The position numbers and the translations under genes are program-made. From positions 4,384,001 to 4,448,000 of the forward strand of contig CBDDPY010000002.1 in the NCBI GenBank assembly GCA_965232515.1: a stretch of 64,000 nt of DNA. The letters run 5' to 3'. Origin of the DNA: Alphaproteobacteria bacterium (lineage in GTDB: Bacteria > Pseudomonadota > Alphaproteobacteria > GCA-2731375). The first letter of the stretch is position 1; each line of letters opens with the position of its first letter. Below the pieces are notes generated by a model. That model was not told the origin of the DNA and ran no database searches. It saw nothing but the letters and a program-made list of their open reading frames with translations. Of this stretch, positions 44,543-54,911 are shown piece after piece.

Positions 44543-45694
44543 ATGGATGCCGGTTTCGGGGTCTATGTGCATTGGCCGTTCTGCCTGTCGAAATGCCCCT
44601 ATTGCGATTTCAACAGCCATGTCCGCGAGTCGGTCGACCAGGCGCGCTGGCGCGCCGCGCTGCTGGCCGAAATCGATCACACCGCCGACCAGCTCGCCGG
44701 CCGCCGGGTCGACAGCATTTTCTTCGGTGGCGGCACGCCGTCGTTGATGCCGCCGGAAACGGTTGCCGGCGTGATCGATCGGATCGCCGCGCGTTGGCCA
44801 CTGGCCGACGACGTCGAGATCACGCTCGAGGCCAATCCGACCTCGGTCGAGGCAGCGCGTTTCGCGGCCGTGACGGCCGCCGGCGTGAACCGGATTTCGC
44901 TCGGCGTGCAGGCTCTGGACGCGGCGTCGCTGCGGTTCCTCGGCCGGCAACACGGCGTTGACGAGGCGCTGGCGGCGGTCGAGCTGGCGCGCCGGAATGC
45001 CGAGCGGATGTCGTTCGATCTGATCTATGCCCGACCCGGACAGAGCGTGGCCGATTGGCGGGCCGAGCTCGGCCGTGCCCTGACGCTCGCGGACGGGCAT
45101 CTGTCGCTCTATCAGCTCACCATCGAAGAGGGCACGGCATTCCATCTGGCCGTTGCCCGCGGGACGCTGAGCATGCCGGACGACGAAACCTGCGCCGAGC
45201 TGTACGAAACCACGCAGGCGATGTGCGCCGCCGCCGGGCTGCCGGCCTACGAGATTTCCAACCATGCCGCACCGGGTCAGGCATGCCGGCACAACCTGAT
45301 TTACTGGCGCGGCGGCGAGTATGCGGGCGTTGGTCCCGGCGCCCACGGCCGTGTCCGGCGCGGCGGCGTCTGGCGGGCGACGGCGCAGTCGCGCCGCCCC
45401 GAAGACTGGCTGGCCGCGGTGGAACGGATGGGCCATGCCACCGAGTCCGACGTTGCGGTCGGTACCGATACGCGCGCGGAAGAACGGCTGATGATGGGCT
45501 TGCGTTTGGCCGAGGGCGTCCACCTCGCGAGCTTCACGGCCGATATTGGCTGTGCTCTGCCGAAGTGGATCGGCGCGGCGCGGCTGGAGCCGTTGCTCGA
45601 TGACGGCTATCTCGCGCTCGATGACGCCCGACTGACGGCGACGCCGAAAGGGCGCCAAGTGCTCAATGCTCTACTGACGCGCCTGCTGGCTTGA
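44543..45694 (+). CDS. hemW: Radical SAM heme chaperone HemW
   Basis: YVHWPFCLSKCPYCDFNS, FGGGTPS, YEISNHA, HNLIYW. Confidence 0.93.
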   Translation: MDAGFGVYVHWPFCLSKCPYCDFNSHVRESVDQARWRAALLAEIDHTADQLAGRRVDSIFFGGGTPSLMPPETVAGVIDRIAARWPLADDVEITLEANPTSVEAARFAAVTAAGVNRISLGVQALDAASLRFLGRQHGVDEALAAVELARRNAERMSFDLIYARPGQSVADWRAELGRALTLADGHLSLYQLTIEEGTAFHLAVARGTLSMPDDETCAELYETTQAMCAAAGLPAYEISNHAAPGQACRHNLIYWRGGEYAGVGPGAHGRVRRGGVWRATAQSRRPEDWLAAVERMGHATESDVAVGTDTRAEERLMMGLRLAEGVHLASFTADIGCALPKWIGAARLEPLLDDGYLALDDARLTATPKGRQVLNALLTRLLA

Positions 45695-45698
45695 GATT

Positions 45699-45914
45699 TC
45701 AGCGCGGCGACCGGCCGGTCAGTGGTTGGCCGGTCAGCAGCGTCACGAGATGCGCGAGCATCAGGACGACCACGACCAGCGCGACGAATTGAATGGCACC
45801 GAACGGGATCAGCGGCGGGTTGCCGGGCAGGCGCGGCTGCCGGGATCGGTAGTTCGCCAAGCCGAAGGCGATCACGCCGACGGCGAGCACGATCAGCGTC
45901 GGCGCCAAGGGCAT
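45699..45914 (-). CDS. Small two-TM membrane protein
   Basis: Two hydrophobic helices; lies directly downstream of the LpoA-like gene. Confidence 0.6.
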   Translation of the reverse strand: MPLAPTLIVLAVGVIAFGLANYRSRQPRLPGNPPLIPFGAIQFVALVVVVLMLAHLVTLLTGQPLTGRSPR

Positions 45915-45919
45915 GCGGG

Positions 45920-47374
45920 TTAGTTCGTCAGCTCTTCGAAGGTGTCCGGCGGCGGGTCGACGACGCCAAAACCGTCGCTCTGAATCTGGATCACAGCCAG
46001 ACCGCGTTCGGCGACGCCATCCGGCCGGAACCGGAAGATACCGTCGTTGCCGGCGAAGCCGCTCGCGTTGGTCAGGGCATCGGTATCGAATGTCGGGCCG
46101 CCGGGCGTCTGCGACAGCACCGCGGCCAATGCCGCCGCGTCGTAGGCGACGCTGGCGATGCGGGGCGGCTTGCGGCCATAGACGGTCTCGAACCGCTGAC
46201 GGAAGACATTGCCGGCCGACGGTGGCGGACCGGCGAACCAGGCGCCGACCATCGCCGATTCGCGGCCGATCACGGGGTCATCCCAGAGTCCGGTGCCCAG
46301 CAGCCGCACTTCCGAAACGTCAATATCGTAATAGGGAAGCAACGGCGCCACCGACCTCAGAAGCTGTCCGCCCGCCGGCAGCATCACCGCGTCGAACCCG
46401 ACCTCGCCGACCGTGTCCCTGTTCTCCAGCCGGCGCAGCCGCCGCTGGGCCGCGGCGTCGCCCCGGGCCTGCAGCGCCTGGCGCTGGTCCAACAAGGCCT
46501 GGCGCCGGCCGGCGTAGCGCGCCAGGCGCTTGACCGCGTCGTCGGCATCGGCGCCATCGGCCGCGAAGTATTCCACCTGGGACAGTTCGCCGCCGAAGCG
46601 CGCCACGGCGTTTTCCAGCTCGCGCGCCACGGTCACGCCGTAGGGTGTTTCCGGCACGATGGCGGCGAAGCGGTAAAGACCCTGGGACACCGCGTAGCCG
46701 ACGACGCGTTCGACCTGCTGATTGGGCGCGAAACCCATCAAATAGACACCGTCGCCGGCCACGTTCCGGTCGGTGGAAAATGCGACCACGTTGATGCCGC
46801 GCTCCCGCGCGAGCGGCGCGACGGTCTCGACCGACTCGCGGAACAGCGGTCCCAGCAACAATTCGGCGCCCTCTTGCAGGGCGCTTGCCGCGGCGGCCTC
46901 CGCGCCTGCCGGCGTGCCCATGGTATCGCGCGGCAGGAGCACCAGCGAATCGTCGGCGATGTCGAACAGGGCCATCGATGCCGCGTCCAGCAACGCCCGG
47001 CCGAGTTCGGCATGCCGACCCGATAACGGCAGCAGCAGACCGACCTTGACCGGCGCGGCGCTCGCCGGCCGGGTCAGCACCGGCACTTCTTCGACGGTGA
47101 TATCGGGCGTCGTTGGCCGTACCGGCGCCGACGTCGTCGGCGCCGGCTCGAAACTTTCCTGCCGCAACACGCGCGGGTTGGCAACGGCGGTCTCCTGCGC
47201 CGGCGGCGCCGTCGCTGGTGTCGACGGTTGGGTTGGCGCTAAGGTCGTGGACTGGCAGGCGACGAGGGGCGCGGACAGGATGGCGATTGACAGCACGGCT
47301 GGGCGCGTGGCGATACGCAGGTTGGCAGCGTACGCCCATGACGCGCGCCTGACGCGGGTGAGATAACGGCGCAC
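45920..47374 (-). CDS. Penicillin-binding protein activator (LpoA/LppC-like lipoprotein)
   Basis: Lipobox LVAC; VGLLLPLSG, LGPLF, LLGTGLW, AYDA, GIFRFRPDG..ERGLAV; divergent from rsmI. Confidence 0.85.
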   Translation of the reverse strand: MRRYLTRVRRASWAYAANLRIATRPAVLSIAILSAPLVACQSTTLAPTQPSTPATAPPAQETAVANPRVLRQESFEPAPTTSAPVRPTTPDITVEEVPVLTRPASAAPVKVGLLLPLSGRHAELGRALLDAASMALFDIADDSLVLLPRDTMGTPAGAEAAAASALQEGAELLLGPLFRESVETVAPLARERGINVVAFSTDRNVAGDGVYLMGFAPNQQVERVVGYAVSQGLYRFAAIVPETPYGVTVARELENAVARFGGELSQVEYFAADGADADDAVKRLARYAGRRQALLDQRQALQARGDAAAQRRLRRLENRDTVGEVGFDAVMLPAGGQLLRSVAPLLPYYDIDVSEVRLLGTGLWDDPVIGRESAMVGAWFAGPPPSAGNVFRQRFETVYGRKPPRIASVAYDAAALAAVLSQTPGGPTFDTDALTNASGFAGNDGIFRFRPDGVAERGLAVIQIQSDGFGVVDPPPDTFEELTN

Positions 47375-47376
47375 GA

Positions 47377-48294
47377 ATGTCCTCCTCGGGGCCCACTGGA
47401 GACGATCGCGAGTCTAGTCGCGGTCGAACCCGGCGTAAACCGGCGGCGCCGGATGTTGCGGCGTTGTCACCGGGGCTTTATCTCGTTGCGACGCCCATCG
47501 GCAATGCCCGCGATATCACATTGCGCGCGCTCGACGTGCTGGCGTCGGCCGACGTGATCGCCTGTGAAGACACGCGGGTTACGGCGAAGCTGCTGTCGAT
47601 CCATGGCATCGCCACGCCGACCACCGCCTATCACGAGCATAACGCACGGCGCGCCGGTCCGGCTTTGATCGAACGGATCGCCGGCGGCGCGGCCGTGGCC
47701 CTGGTGTCCGATGCCGGCACGCCGCTCGTATCCGATCCCGGCTACCGGTTGGTTCAGGCAGCCATCGCCGCCGACTTGGCCGTGACGCCCATTCCGGGTC
47801 CCTCGTCCGTGCTGGCGGCGTTGACCGTCGCCGGCCTGCCGACGGATCGGTTTCTGTTCGCGGGCTTTCTGCCGCCAAAGCGAACCGGCCGACGGCAGAT
47901 GCTGGCCGAGCTGGCGGCACTGCCGGCCACGCTGGTATTTCTCGAGACCGCGCCCCGTGTCGCGGCGTCGCTGGCCGACATGGCGGCGCAGCTTGGCGAC
48001 CGGCCGGCCGTCGTCGCGCGGGAGCTGACCAAGTTCTACGAAGAAGTGCGGCGCGACGGCTTGGCAGAACTGGCGGCGCACTATGCCGAAGCCGGCGCGC
48101 CGAAAGGCGAAATTGTCGTGTTGGTCGGTCCGCCGGCGCCCGAGACGGCCAGCGACGCGGAGGTCGACCGCGCCTTGGCCGAGGCGCTCGTCAACATGAG
48201 CGTCAAGGACGCTGCCGCCTCGGTCGCCGCGATGACCGGTTGGCCGCGGCGCGAGGTCTATCGTCGGGCGCTCGATCTCAGTGAAAAACAGTGA
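47377..48294 (+). CDS. rsmI: 16S rRNA C1402 2'-O-methyltransferase
   Basis: LVATPIGN, CEDTR, VSDAGTP.VSDPG, RELTK. Confidence 0.96.
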   Translation: MSSSGPTGDDRESSRGRTRRKPAAPDVAALSPGLYLVATPIGNARDITLRALDVLASADVIACEDTRVTAKLLSIHGIATPTTAYHEHNARRAGPALIERIAGGAAVALVSDAGTPLVSDPGYRLVQAAIAADLAVTPIPGPSSVLAALTVAGLPTDRFLFAGFLPPKRTGRRQMLAELAALPATLVFLETAPRVAASLADMAAQLGDRPAVVARELTKFYEEVRRDGLAELAAHYAEAGAPKGEIVVLVGPPAPETASDAEVDRALAEALVNMSVKDAAASVAAMTGWPRREVYRRALDLSEKQ

Positions 48295-48647
48295 GCAATC
48301 GTCGACGGGCGCGACGGGCCGGCCGCTGGGCCGAAACCGTCGGCGCCTGGCTGTTCCGGCTGAAGGGCTACCGAATTCTGGCGCGGGACTTCCGTGTGCC
48401 GGTCGGCGAGATCGATCTGCTGGCGCGGCGCGGCAGGGTGCTGGTCGCCGCCGAGGTGAAATGGCGGCCGTCGATGCGCGCGGGCGCCGAGGCGGTAACG
48501 CCGCGGCAACAGCGGCGTATCGCCCGCGCGGTCGAGGCCTATATCGCCCGGAATCCGGATCTGGCCGCCCTGAATGTGCGATTTGACGTAGTTCTAGTGG
48601 TTCCATGGCACCGACCACACCATATAATGGACGCTTGGCGACCGTGA
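48291..48647 (+). CDS. yraN: YraN family protein
   Basis: GRWAE, GEIDL, EVK, RFDVV. Confidence 0.9.
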   Translation: MSNRRRARRAGRWAETVGAWLFRLKGYRILARDFRVPVGEIDLLARRGRVLVAAEVKWRPSMRAGAEAVTPRQQRRIARAVEAYIARNPDLAALNVRFDVVLVVPWHRPHHIMDAWRP

Positions 48648-48680
48648 TTCGGTCGAACGCAGCTCTGAGGACATCTGAAA

Positions 48681-49286
48681 ATGAAGCGATTCTACGGCTT
48701 GGCCGGCACCGTGCTGGCGATGATCGGATTGGCGCTTTCCACGACGGGTTGCCTTGAAATGGCCGTCGGCGCGACGGCCGCCGGCGGCGTGGCCGCGGCG
48801 CAGGAACGCAGCGTCGGCAGCGCCATCGACGACAAGACCCTGCTGGTCCGCGTGAACGAGAAACTTCTGCGCAAGGACGAGCGCCTGTTCGGTAAGGTCG
48901 ACGTGGACGTGCTCGAAGGCCGGGTGCTTTTGACCGGCGTCGTGCCGACGCCCGACGACCGCGTCGAGGCGGCGCGGCTGGCCTGGCAGGCCGATGGCGT
49001 GAAGGAAGTCCTGAACGAGCTTCAGGTCGACAACAAGACCGGCGTGCTCGATTTCGCCAAGGATAGCTGGATCACCACGCAGCTTCGCGCGAAGATGCTG
49101 GCCGACCGATATGTCTTCGACATCAACTACACGATCGATACGGTGAACGGCACGGTCTATGTCATGGGCATCGCGCAGAATCAGGCGGAGTTGGAGCGGG
49201 TGACCAACCATGCTCGAAACCTGAGCGGCGTGCAAAAGGTGATCAGCCACGCCAAGCTCAAGACCGACGCGTCGCGAGGCTCGTGA
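48681..49286 (+). CDS. Dual BON domain lipoprotein (DolP/YraP-like)
   Basis: Lipobox TTGC; GRVLLTG; DSWIT..NGTVYVMG. Confidence 0.9.
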   Translation: MKRFYGLAGTVLAMIGLALSTTGCLEMAVGATAAGGVAAAQERSVGSAIDDKTLLVRVNEKLLRKDERLFGKVDVDVLEGRVLLTGVVPTPDDRVEAARLAWQADGVKEVLNELQVDNKTGVLDFAKDSWITTQLRAKMLADRYVFDINYTIDTVNGTVYVMGIAQNQAELERVTNHARNLSGVQKVISHAKLKTDASRGS

Positions 49287-50113
49287 ACGACGGCGGCTCA
49301 CTGGATGAGGTTTTGCGCGCCGTCGGCGATCAGGCCGACGCCGATATCGACATTGCCGGGACAGCCCTGGCGTTGGGCGGGCTCGACCGGCCCGGCGTGC
49401 CGCTCGCGCGCTACCAGGCTCATCTGGACGAGATTGGCCGCGACATAGCGACCGCTGCGCCGGACGATGCCGACGCGGCAACCGCCGCGGCGTCGTTGCG
49501 TGACGTGATGTCGGAAGAATACGGCTATCGCGGTGACGAGCAGACCTATGACGACATGCAGAACGCCAACCTGCTGCGCGTCATCGACCGGCGCAAGGGG
49601 CTTCCGGTGGCGCTCGCCATTCTCTATATGCATGCCGCCCGTCACCGCGGCTGGTCGATGTGGGGCCTGAATTTTCCGGCGCATTTCCTGGTCCGGCTCG
49701 AGGTCGACGGCGCGCGGCTGATCCTGGACCCGTTCCGTGGCGGCCGGGTCGTCGACACGCCCGACCTCAGGGAACTGCTGAAACGCCTGGCCGGCGACGG
49801 GGCCGAGCTGCGCAACGACTATTACCAGATCGTCGGCGATCGCGACGTCCTGCTGCGGCTGCAGAACAACATCAAGACCCGGGCGTTGCAGCAGAACGAC
49901 CTGGCCCGGGCGGTTGAGATCATCCGGCGGATGCTGCTGCTGGCGCCGCAACGGTACCGGCTCTATCGCGAGCTCGGCCTGATCGAGGCGCATGCCGGCA
50001 ACATGCAGAACGCGATTGCCGCCGCGGAGCGTTATGCCGCGCAGGCCATCGGCGACGCCGAGCGGCACGATGCCGCCATGCTGCTGCAAAAACTACGGTC
50101 GACCCTGAACTGA
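49283..50113 (+). CDS. SirB1 / transglutaminase-like TPR protein
   Basis: [28 protein letters not shown]. Confidence 0.85.
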   Translation: MNDGGSLDEVLRAVGDQADADIDIAGTALALGGLDRPGVPLARYQAHLDEIGRDIATAAPDDADAATAAASLRDVMSEEYGYRGDEQTYDDMQNANLLRVIDRRKGLPVALAILYMHAARHRGWSMWGLNFPAHFLVRLEVDGARLILDPFRGGRVVDTPDLRELLKRLAGDGAELRNDYYQIVGDRDVLLRLQNNIKTRALQQNDLARAVEIIRRMLLLAPQRYRLYRELGLIEAHAGNMQNAIAAAERYAAQAIGDAERHDAAMLLQKLRSTLN

Positions 50114-50180
50114 CCCGGCCGCGTTTGACGCGCATGAGCCGGCATCTCATAGTGCCGGCGGACGAGTTGGAGAATCCGCC

Positions 50181-51146
50181 ATGAGCCTGGCCGTCGCCAT
50201 CCAGATGGACCCTATCGAGCCGATCGATATCGACGCCGACAGCACCTTCGCGCTGGCGTTGGAAGCGCAGAATCGCGGCCACGGCCTGTACCACTATCTG
50301 CCGAAGGATCTGAGCTTCAAGGCTGGCCGGGTGGTGGCCAAGGCGCGGCCGCTGACCGTGCGACGGGAGCCCGGCAACCATGCCGATCTCGGCGCCGTCG
50401 AGGCGATCGATCTGGCCGACGTCGACGTTGTGCTGATGCGCCAGGACCCGCCCTTCGACATGGCCTACATCACCGCGACGCACATTCTGGAGCATATCCA
50501 TCCCGAGACGTTGGTGGTGAATGACCCCGTGAATGTGCGCAACGCGCCCGAGAAGCTGTTCGTCACCCACTTTCCCGAGCTGATGCCGCCGACCTTGATC
50601 ACCGCCGATATGGACGAGGTCAGGGCGTTCCGCGACGCGCACAAGGACATCATCGTCAAGCCGCTCTACGGCAACGGCGGCGCCGGCGTGTTCCACATCG
50701 CGCCCGGCGACGAGAACCTGAACGCGCTGTTGGAAATGTTCACCCAGATCTCACGCGAGCCGGTGATCGTGCAGCGTTACCTGCCGGAAATCCGCCAGGG
50801 CGATCGGCGGGTGATCCTGATCGACGGCGAAGCCGCGGGCGCCATCAATCGGGTGCCGGCCGAGGGCGAGGCGCGCTCGAACATGCATGTCGGCGGCACG
50901 CCCCTGAAGTGGGAGATGACGCCGCGCGAGCACGAAATCTGCCACGCCATCGGCCCGGTGCTGCGGGAGCAGGGCCTGATCTTTGTGGGCATCGATGTGA
51001 TCGGCGACTACCTGACCGAGATCAACGTCACCTCGCCGACCGGCATCCAGGAGGTCGGCCGCTACGACGACAGCAACTTGGCCGGCCAGATCTGGGACGC
51101 GATCGAGCGCCGCTACCAGTCAACGCGCGGACATCCGGCGTCGTAG
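50181..51146 (+). CDS. gshB: Glutathione synthetase
   Basis: [35 protein letters not shown]; upstream TTGACG-N17-CATAGT at 50125-50153. Confidence 0.98.
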   Translation: MSLAVAIQMDPIEPIDIDADSTFALALEAQNRGHGLYHYLPKDLSFKAGRVVAKARPLTVRREPGNHADLGAVEAIDLADVDVVLMRQDPPFDMAYITATHILEHIHPETLVVNDPVNVRNAPEKLFVTHFPELMPPTLITADMDEVRAFRDAHKDIIVKPLYGNGGAGVFHIAPGDENLNALLEMFTQISREPVIVQRYLPEIRQGDRRVILIDGEAAGAINRVPAEGEARSNMHVGGTPLKWEMTPREHEICHAIGPVLREQGLIFVGIDVIGDYLTEINVTSPTGIQEVGRYDDSNLAGQIWDAIERRYQSTRGHPAS

Positions 51147-51199
51147 GCCGGTTAGGCGATGGGGCGTGTCGCTAAGATATCCCGCCAATGGAACGAGCA

Positions 51200-51234
51200 T
51201 TGACATCGTCAACCTGAATTTGTAGTATATACTA
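51200..51234 (+). promoter_or_regulatory. Sigma70-type promoter with palindromic operator for the TA operon
   Basis: TTGACA-N17-TAGTAT, with the -10 inside the perfect palindrome TAGTATATACTA (51223-51234). Confidence 0.7.
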
Positions 51235-51258
51235 TATTATTGATTCGAAGGTCCGACC

Positions 51259-51504
51259 ATGCGCAGCATCTCCCTGATGAGCGCCAATCAGGAATTCTCG
51301 AAGCTCATCAAAGCGGTCGAGCAGGGCGAGGGTTTCGTCATCACCCGTCGCGGGCGTCCGATAGCGAAGCTGGTGCCGCATACCGCGGACAAGACGGAGG
51401 ATCCGGAATGGGCGGCCGCCTATCAGCGCATGCTGGCGCGGCTCGATGAAGGTGCGTCGCTGGGCGGCCTCAAGGTCGACCGCGACGAGCTCTATGACCG
51501 TTAG
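51259..51504 (+). CDS. Type II TA antitoxin, Phd/YefM family
   Basis: FSKLIKAVEQGE.FVITRRGRPIAKLVP; C-terminal RDELYDR. Confidence 0.9.
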   Translation: MRSISLMSANQEFSKLIKAVEQGEGFVITRRGRPIAKLVPHTADKTEDPEWAAAYQRMLARLDEGASLGGLKVDRDELYDR

Positions 51505-51952
51505 AGCCCGCTTTTCGCTCGATACGAACATTCTGGTCTATGCCGTCGATCGTGACGCGGCGGCGCGCCACCAGACGGCAAAGAGTGTCGTGGCACGCGC
51601 GGCCCTGCACGATTGCATCCTGACAGTCCAGGCCCTGGCCGAGTTCTTCCATGCGACGACGCGCAAGAACCTTCTAACGCCAACTGCCGCAGCCGACTTC
51701 GTGCGTGATTGGCTGTCGGTATTCGATACGGCATCGGCCGATCAGGCGGTGCTGGCCGAGGCGATGGAAGCCTTGCAATCGCACTCATTGTCCTTCTGGG
51801 ATGCCATGTTGTGGGCGACGGCGAAGCAGGCGGGCTGCGCCGCGATCCTCAGCGAGGACATGCAAGACGGCCGAAGGCTCGGCGGTGTCGAGATCATCAA
51901 CCCTTTCGCTCCGGCCGCGACAGACAGACTGACGCAATGGCTGGATCCCTGA
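51494..51952 (+). CDS. vapC: Type II TA toxin, PIN domain (VapC family)
   Basis: LDTNILVY, QALAEF, SFWDA, SEDMQDG; overlaps the antitoxin stop. Confidence 0.9.
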   Translation: MTVRARFSLDTNILVYAVDRDAAARHQTAKSVVARAALHDCILTVQALAEFFHATTRKNLLTPTAAADFVRDWLSVFDTASADQAVLAEAMEALQSHSLSFWDAMLWATAKQAGCAAILSEDMQDGRRLGGVEIINPFAPAATDRLTQWLDP

Positions 51953-51994
51953 TGGCGCTTGCGATCCGCTGGATATCCCGCCCCATCGTTTCCC

Positions 51995-52783
51995 ATGCCC
52001 TGGATTGACCTGAACCTGTTTGTCGGCGTGCCGGGCTGGGCCGTTGCCTGTGTGGTCGTGGCGCATTTCATCGGGTTCTTCATTCGCGGCGCTTTCGGGT
52101 TCGGGTCGAACATGCCGATCGTGCTGCTGACGACCTGGCTGCTGGGGCCGCATCACGCCATTCTGCTGGTCGTGCTGACGGCGTCGGCCGCGCAGGTGCA
52201 TCTGTTTCCACAGGGGCTGAAGACGGCGGACTGGCGGGTCACCCGTTCGCTGCTGGTCGGCCTGCTCGCCGGCACGGCGGCGGGGACCTGGCTGTTCACG
52301 CAGCTTCCGGCCAACTGGCTCACCTTGATCCTGGGGCTGCTGATCTCCGCCGTGGTGCTGATGGACCGGTTTCGGGTGTTGGACTGGCTGTCGGCGTCGG
52401 TCGATCTGCGGTCACTGCCGGTGACGACGTCGCTGTCGGTCACCTCAGGCGTCGTCGGCACGGTCAGCGGCGGTGGCGGGATCTATTTTCTGGTCTCCTA
52501 CCTGAAGCTCGCCTGCCCGACGCCGGACCTGTTGCGCGGCACCAATCTGGTGCTGTCCGGCCTGTTCATGATGGGCCGGTTGATCTTCGTCACGGCGGCC
52601 GGTCTGTTCACGCTCGAGCTGCTGGTCGAGGCCGTGCTGATCCTGCCGGCGGTCTTCCTCGGCACCTGGTCCGGCACACATTTCTTCCGCAGCGCGACGC
52701 CGCAGCGCTTCTATGCGGCGCTGCAAATGCTTCTGCTGGTGGCGGCGGCGGCGTTGATGGCGCGCGGGCTATATCGGATCTGA
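51995..52783 (+). CDS. TauE/SafE family (sulfite exporter-like) membrane protein
   Basis: RGAFGFG motif, two repeats of TM bundles, GTVSGGGG. Confidence 0.8.
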   Translation: MPWIDLNLFVGVPGWAVACVVVAHFIGFFIRGAFGFGSNMPIVLLTTWLLGPHHAILLVVLTASAAQVHLFPQGLKTADWRVTRSLLVGLLAGTAAGTWLFTQLPANWLTLILGLLISAVVLMDRFRVLDWLSASVDLRSLPVTTSLSVTSGVVGTVSGGGGIYFLVSYLKLACPTPDLLRGTNLVLSGLFMMGRLIFVTAAGLFTLELLVEAVLILPAVFLGTWSGTHFFRSATPQRFYAALQMLLLVAAAALMARGLYRI

Positions 52784-52790
52784 TGTGCGG

Positions 52791-53540
52791 TCAGTGGACG
52801 GTCGTCAACACAAGCGGACCGCGTTTGGTGGCCACCAGCGTGTGCTCGTACTGCACCGTGCGAACGCCGGGCTCGGTGTGAAGCGTCCAGCCGTCATCAG
52901 CGACCTCGACCCAGTCGGCCGCGGTCGAGAGAAACGGCTCGATGGTGAAGACCAGACCGTCGTGCATCACGCGCGCGTCCCGCGGCTCGAACCAGGTCGG
53001 GATCTCGCCCGGCGCCTCGTGCAGGGCGCGGCCGACGCCGTGGCTGGCGAGGTTGCGGATCAGCTTGTAGCCGTGCCGGCCGGCGAAGCGCTCGACCCGG
53101 CGGCCAATCTCGTTCAGGGGCTGGCCGGATTTGACGGCGCGGATGCCTGCCCAAAGGGCGCGCTTGCCGTTGCGGCAGAGCGCCTTTACCTCGCGCGTCA
53201 CCGGCGGCACAGCGAAGCTGGCGCCGGTATCTGCGAACAAGCCGTTCTTCTCGGCCGAGACGTCGATGTTGACGAGATCGCCGGCCGTGATCACGCGGTC
53301 GCCGGGAATGCCGTGCGCCACCTCTTCGTTGACGCTGATGCAGGTGGCGCCGGGAAAGCCGTAGCTGAGCTCCGGCGCCGAACGGGCGCCGGCGGCGTCC
53401 AGCAACCCGCGGCCGATGACGTCGAGCTCGGCCGTCGTCATGCCCGGCTCCAGCGCCCGGCCCATGGCCTGCAGAACCTGCGCCACGATCCGGCCGATCC
53501 CGCGCAAGCCGGCGAGTTCTTCCTCATTCGAGATGGTCAT
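52791..53540 (-). CDS. map: Type I methionyl aminopeptidase
   Basis: CISVNEEVAHGIP, NIDVS, DTG, SHGVG..LHE, TIEP, QYEHT. Confidence 0.95.
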   Translation of the reverse strand: MTISNEEELAGLRGIGRIVAQVLQAMGRALEPGMTTAELDVIGRGLLDAAGARSAPELSYGFPGATCISVNEEVAHGIPGDRVITAGDLVNIDVSAEKNGLFADTGASFAVPPVTREVKALCRNGKRALWAGIRAVKSGQPLNEIGRRVERFAGRHGYKLIRNLASHGVGRALHEAPGEIPTWFEPRDARVMHDGLVFTIEPFLSTAADWVEVADDGWTLHTEPGVRTVQYEHTLVATKRGPLVLTTVH

Positions 53541-53553
53541 CCGATGATCTCCG

Positions 53554-54372
53554 TCACTCCGCGTCGGTGACGCCGACCCGCAGGCGCACCAGATAGCGGG
53601 CGTCGCCACCGGTCGCCAGGAAGGTCGCCGCCTGATCTTCGGTGTCGACCAGCGTCGCATCGTTCAGCGCCCGCCATTCGGCAGTCGGCCCGTAGGCGCC
53701 CTGCGTCACCCGCACGAACACCAGGCCGATCGCCTGATCGCCGCCGTCGGTGATCTCGGATGCGATCGTGCCGGCGGTTTTCGTTGCCGTAATGACCGCC
53801 TCGTCGAAGGGGGCGTCGCCGCTGCCGGCGAGGTCGGCGGCCGCCTGCCGCCAGACGTTGGCGGCGATGTCGCCGTCATCCTGCTCGGCGATGGCCAGCA
53901 GCACGCTGGCGCTTTCGCCCGAGGCCAGCGCGCCTTGCCAGACAGCGAGGCTGCGCAACTGTTGCTCGCGCGCTTGCATGTTGCGGCAGACGAAGGACGG
54001 CTTGCCTTTCCGGGCGCCGGCGGTGCAGCGGAAGGACGAGGTGAAGCGCGAGACCTTGTCCAGGCTGTCGAAGCGCAGCTTGTCGCCGTCGCCGAGGCCG
54101 TTGCGCTCGCCCAGGAAGAAGGCGCCGTCCGCCGGCGCGCGGGCGGCCTGGGCCTGCCCTGCTGTGCCGCCGGCATGGATCAAATAAATTTCGTCGCGCT
54201 CGGCCTTGGCGCGGCCGATCTTGATCGTGCCGTCGGCCGGCGCCGTGCCGCCGTGCTCGGTCGCGTATTCGACCGCGATCTCGTCGACAATCAGCCAGAC
54301 CGGCACGCCCTCGGCGGCAACGCTGTTCGCCGCGGTCAGGACAAGGCCGGCGGCCATCAGAATTCCGCGCAT
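53554..54372 (-). CDS. Hypothetical secreted protein
   Basis: Signal-peptide-like MRGILMAAGLVLTAANSVAAE followed by a globular region with a Cys pair. Confidence 0.65.
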   Translation of the reverse strand: MRGILMAAGLVLTAANSVAAEGVPVWLIVDEIAVEYATEHGGTAPADGTIKIGRAKAERDEIYLIHAGGTAGQAQAARAPADGAFFLGERNGLGDGDKLRFDSLDKVSRFTSSFRCTAGARKGKPSFVCRNMQAREQQLRSLAVWQGALASGESASVLLAIAEQDDGDIAANVWRQAAADLAGSGDAPFDEAVITATKTAGTIASEITDGGDQAIGLVFVRVTQGAYGPTAEWRALNDATLVDTEDQAATFLATGGDARYLVRLRVGVTDAE

Positions 54373-54673
54373 CCCACATCCCCACTGTTTCGATGAAAGT
54401 TTACCTGAGCCCACGTCACGCTCGCCAGTTCGGGCATTGGCCGGGCCGATACACAACTTCTGTCTGTTCGGCACTGGTACGCCGTGCCGATCTCGTAACG
54501 GAACATTCACCAAATCCGTTAACCGAGCGCTGTCGGGAAATACGACAGGCCGTGCGCACGGCATCGGGCAAGGTGTTGAAATCGTTGCGCGGCCGCTCTG
54601 GTACGGTTGCTGCTGATATCGGAAGCACCAATCGGTCCCATGGGTTTTGCGTTGGTCAACGGGAGTGTCGTCC

Positions 54674-54808
54674 ATGTCGAAGTTTACCGGTTCCCACCGT
54701 CGGTCCCTCGCCCGAGTCGAGCAGGATATCTGGCTCGGTCCGATCCTGATGGGCTTCGGCCTGACCATGGGCGTCGTGCTTTTGATCGCCATCGTGACGA
54801 CGGGCTGA
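54674..54808 (+). CDS. Small single-TM protein (44 aa), not in the ORF track
   Basis: GGGAG RBS at 54661; MSKFTGSHRRSLARVEQDIWLGPILMGFGLTMGVVLLIAIVTTG; mostly G/C third positions. Confidence 0.6.
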   Translation: MSKFTGSHRRSLARVEQDIWLGPILMGFGLTMGVVLLIAIVTTG

Positions 54809-54911
54809 TACGCCCGACCTGCCTGGGTCCGCATGGCGCCGGGCTTGGCCCTGCGCGCGGAACCTGTCTAAATAGCCCCGCAATTCGCGTTCATTGGCGG
54901 GGGTCGGGCGC

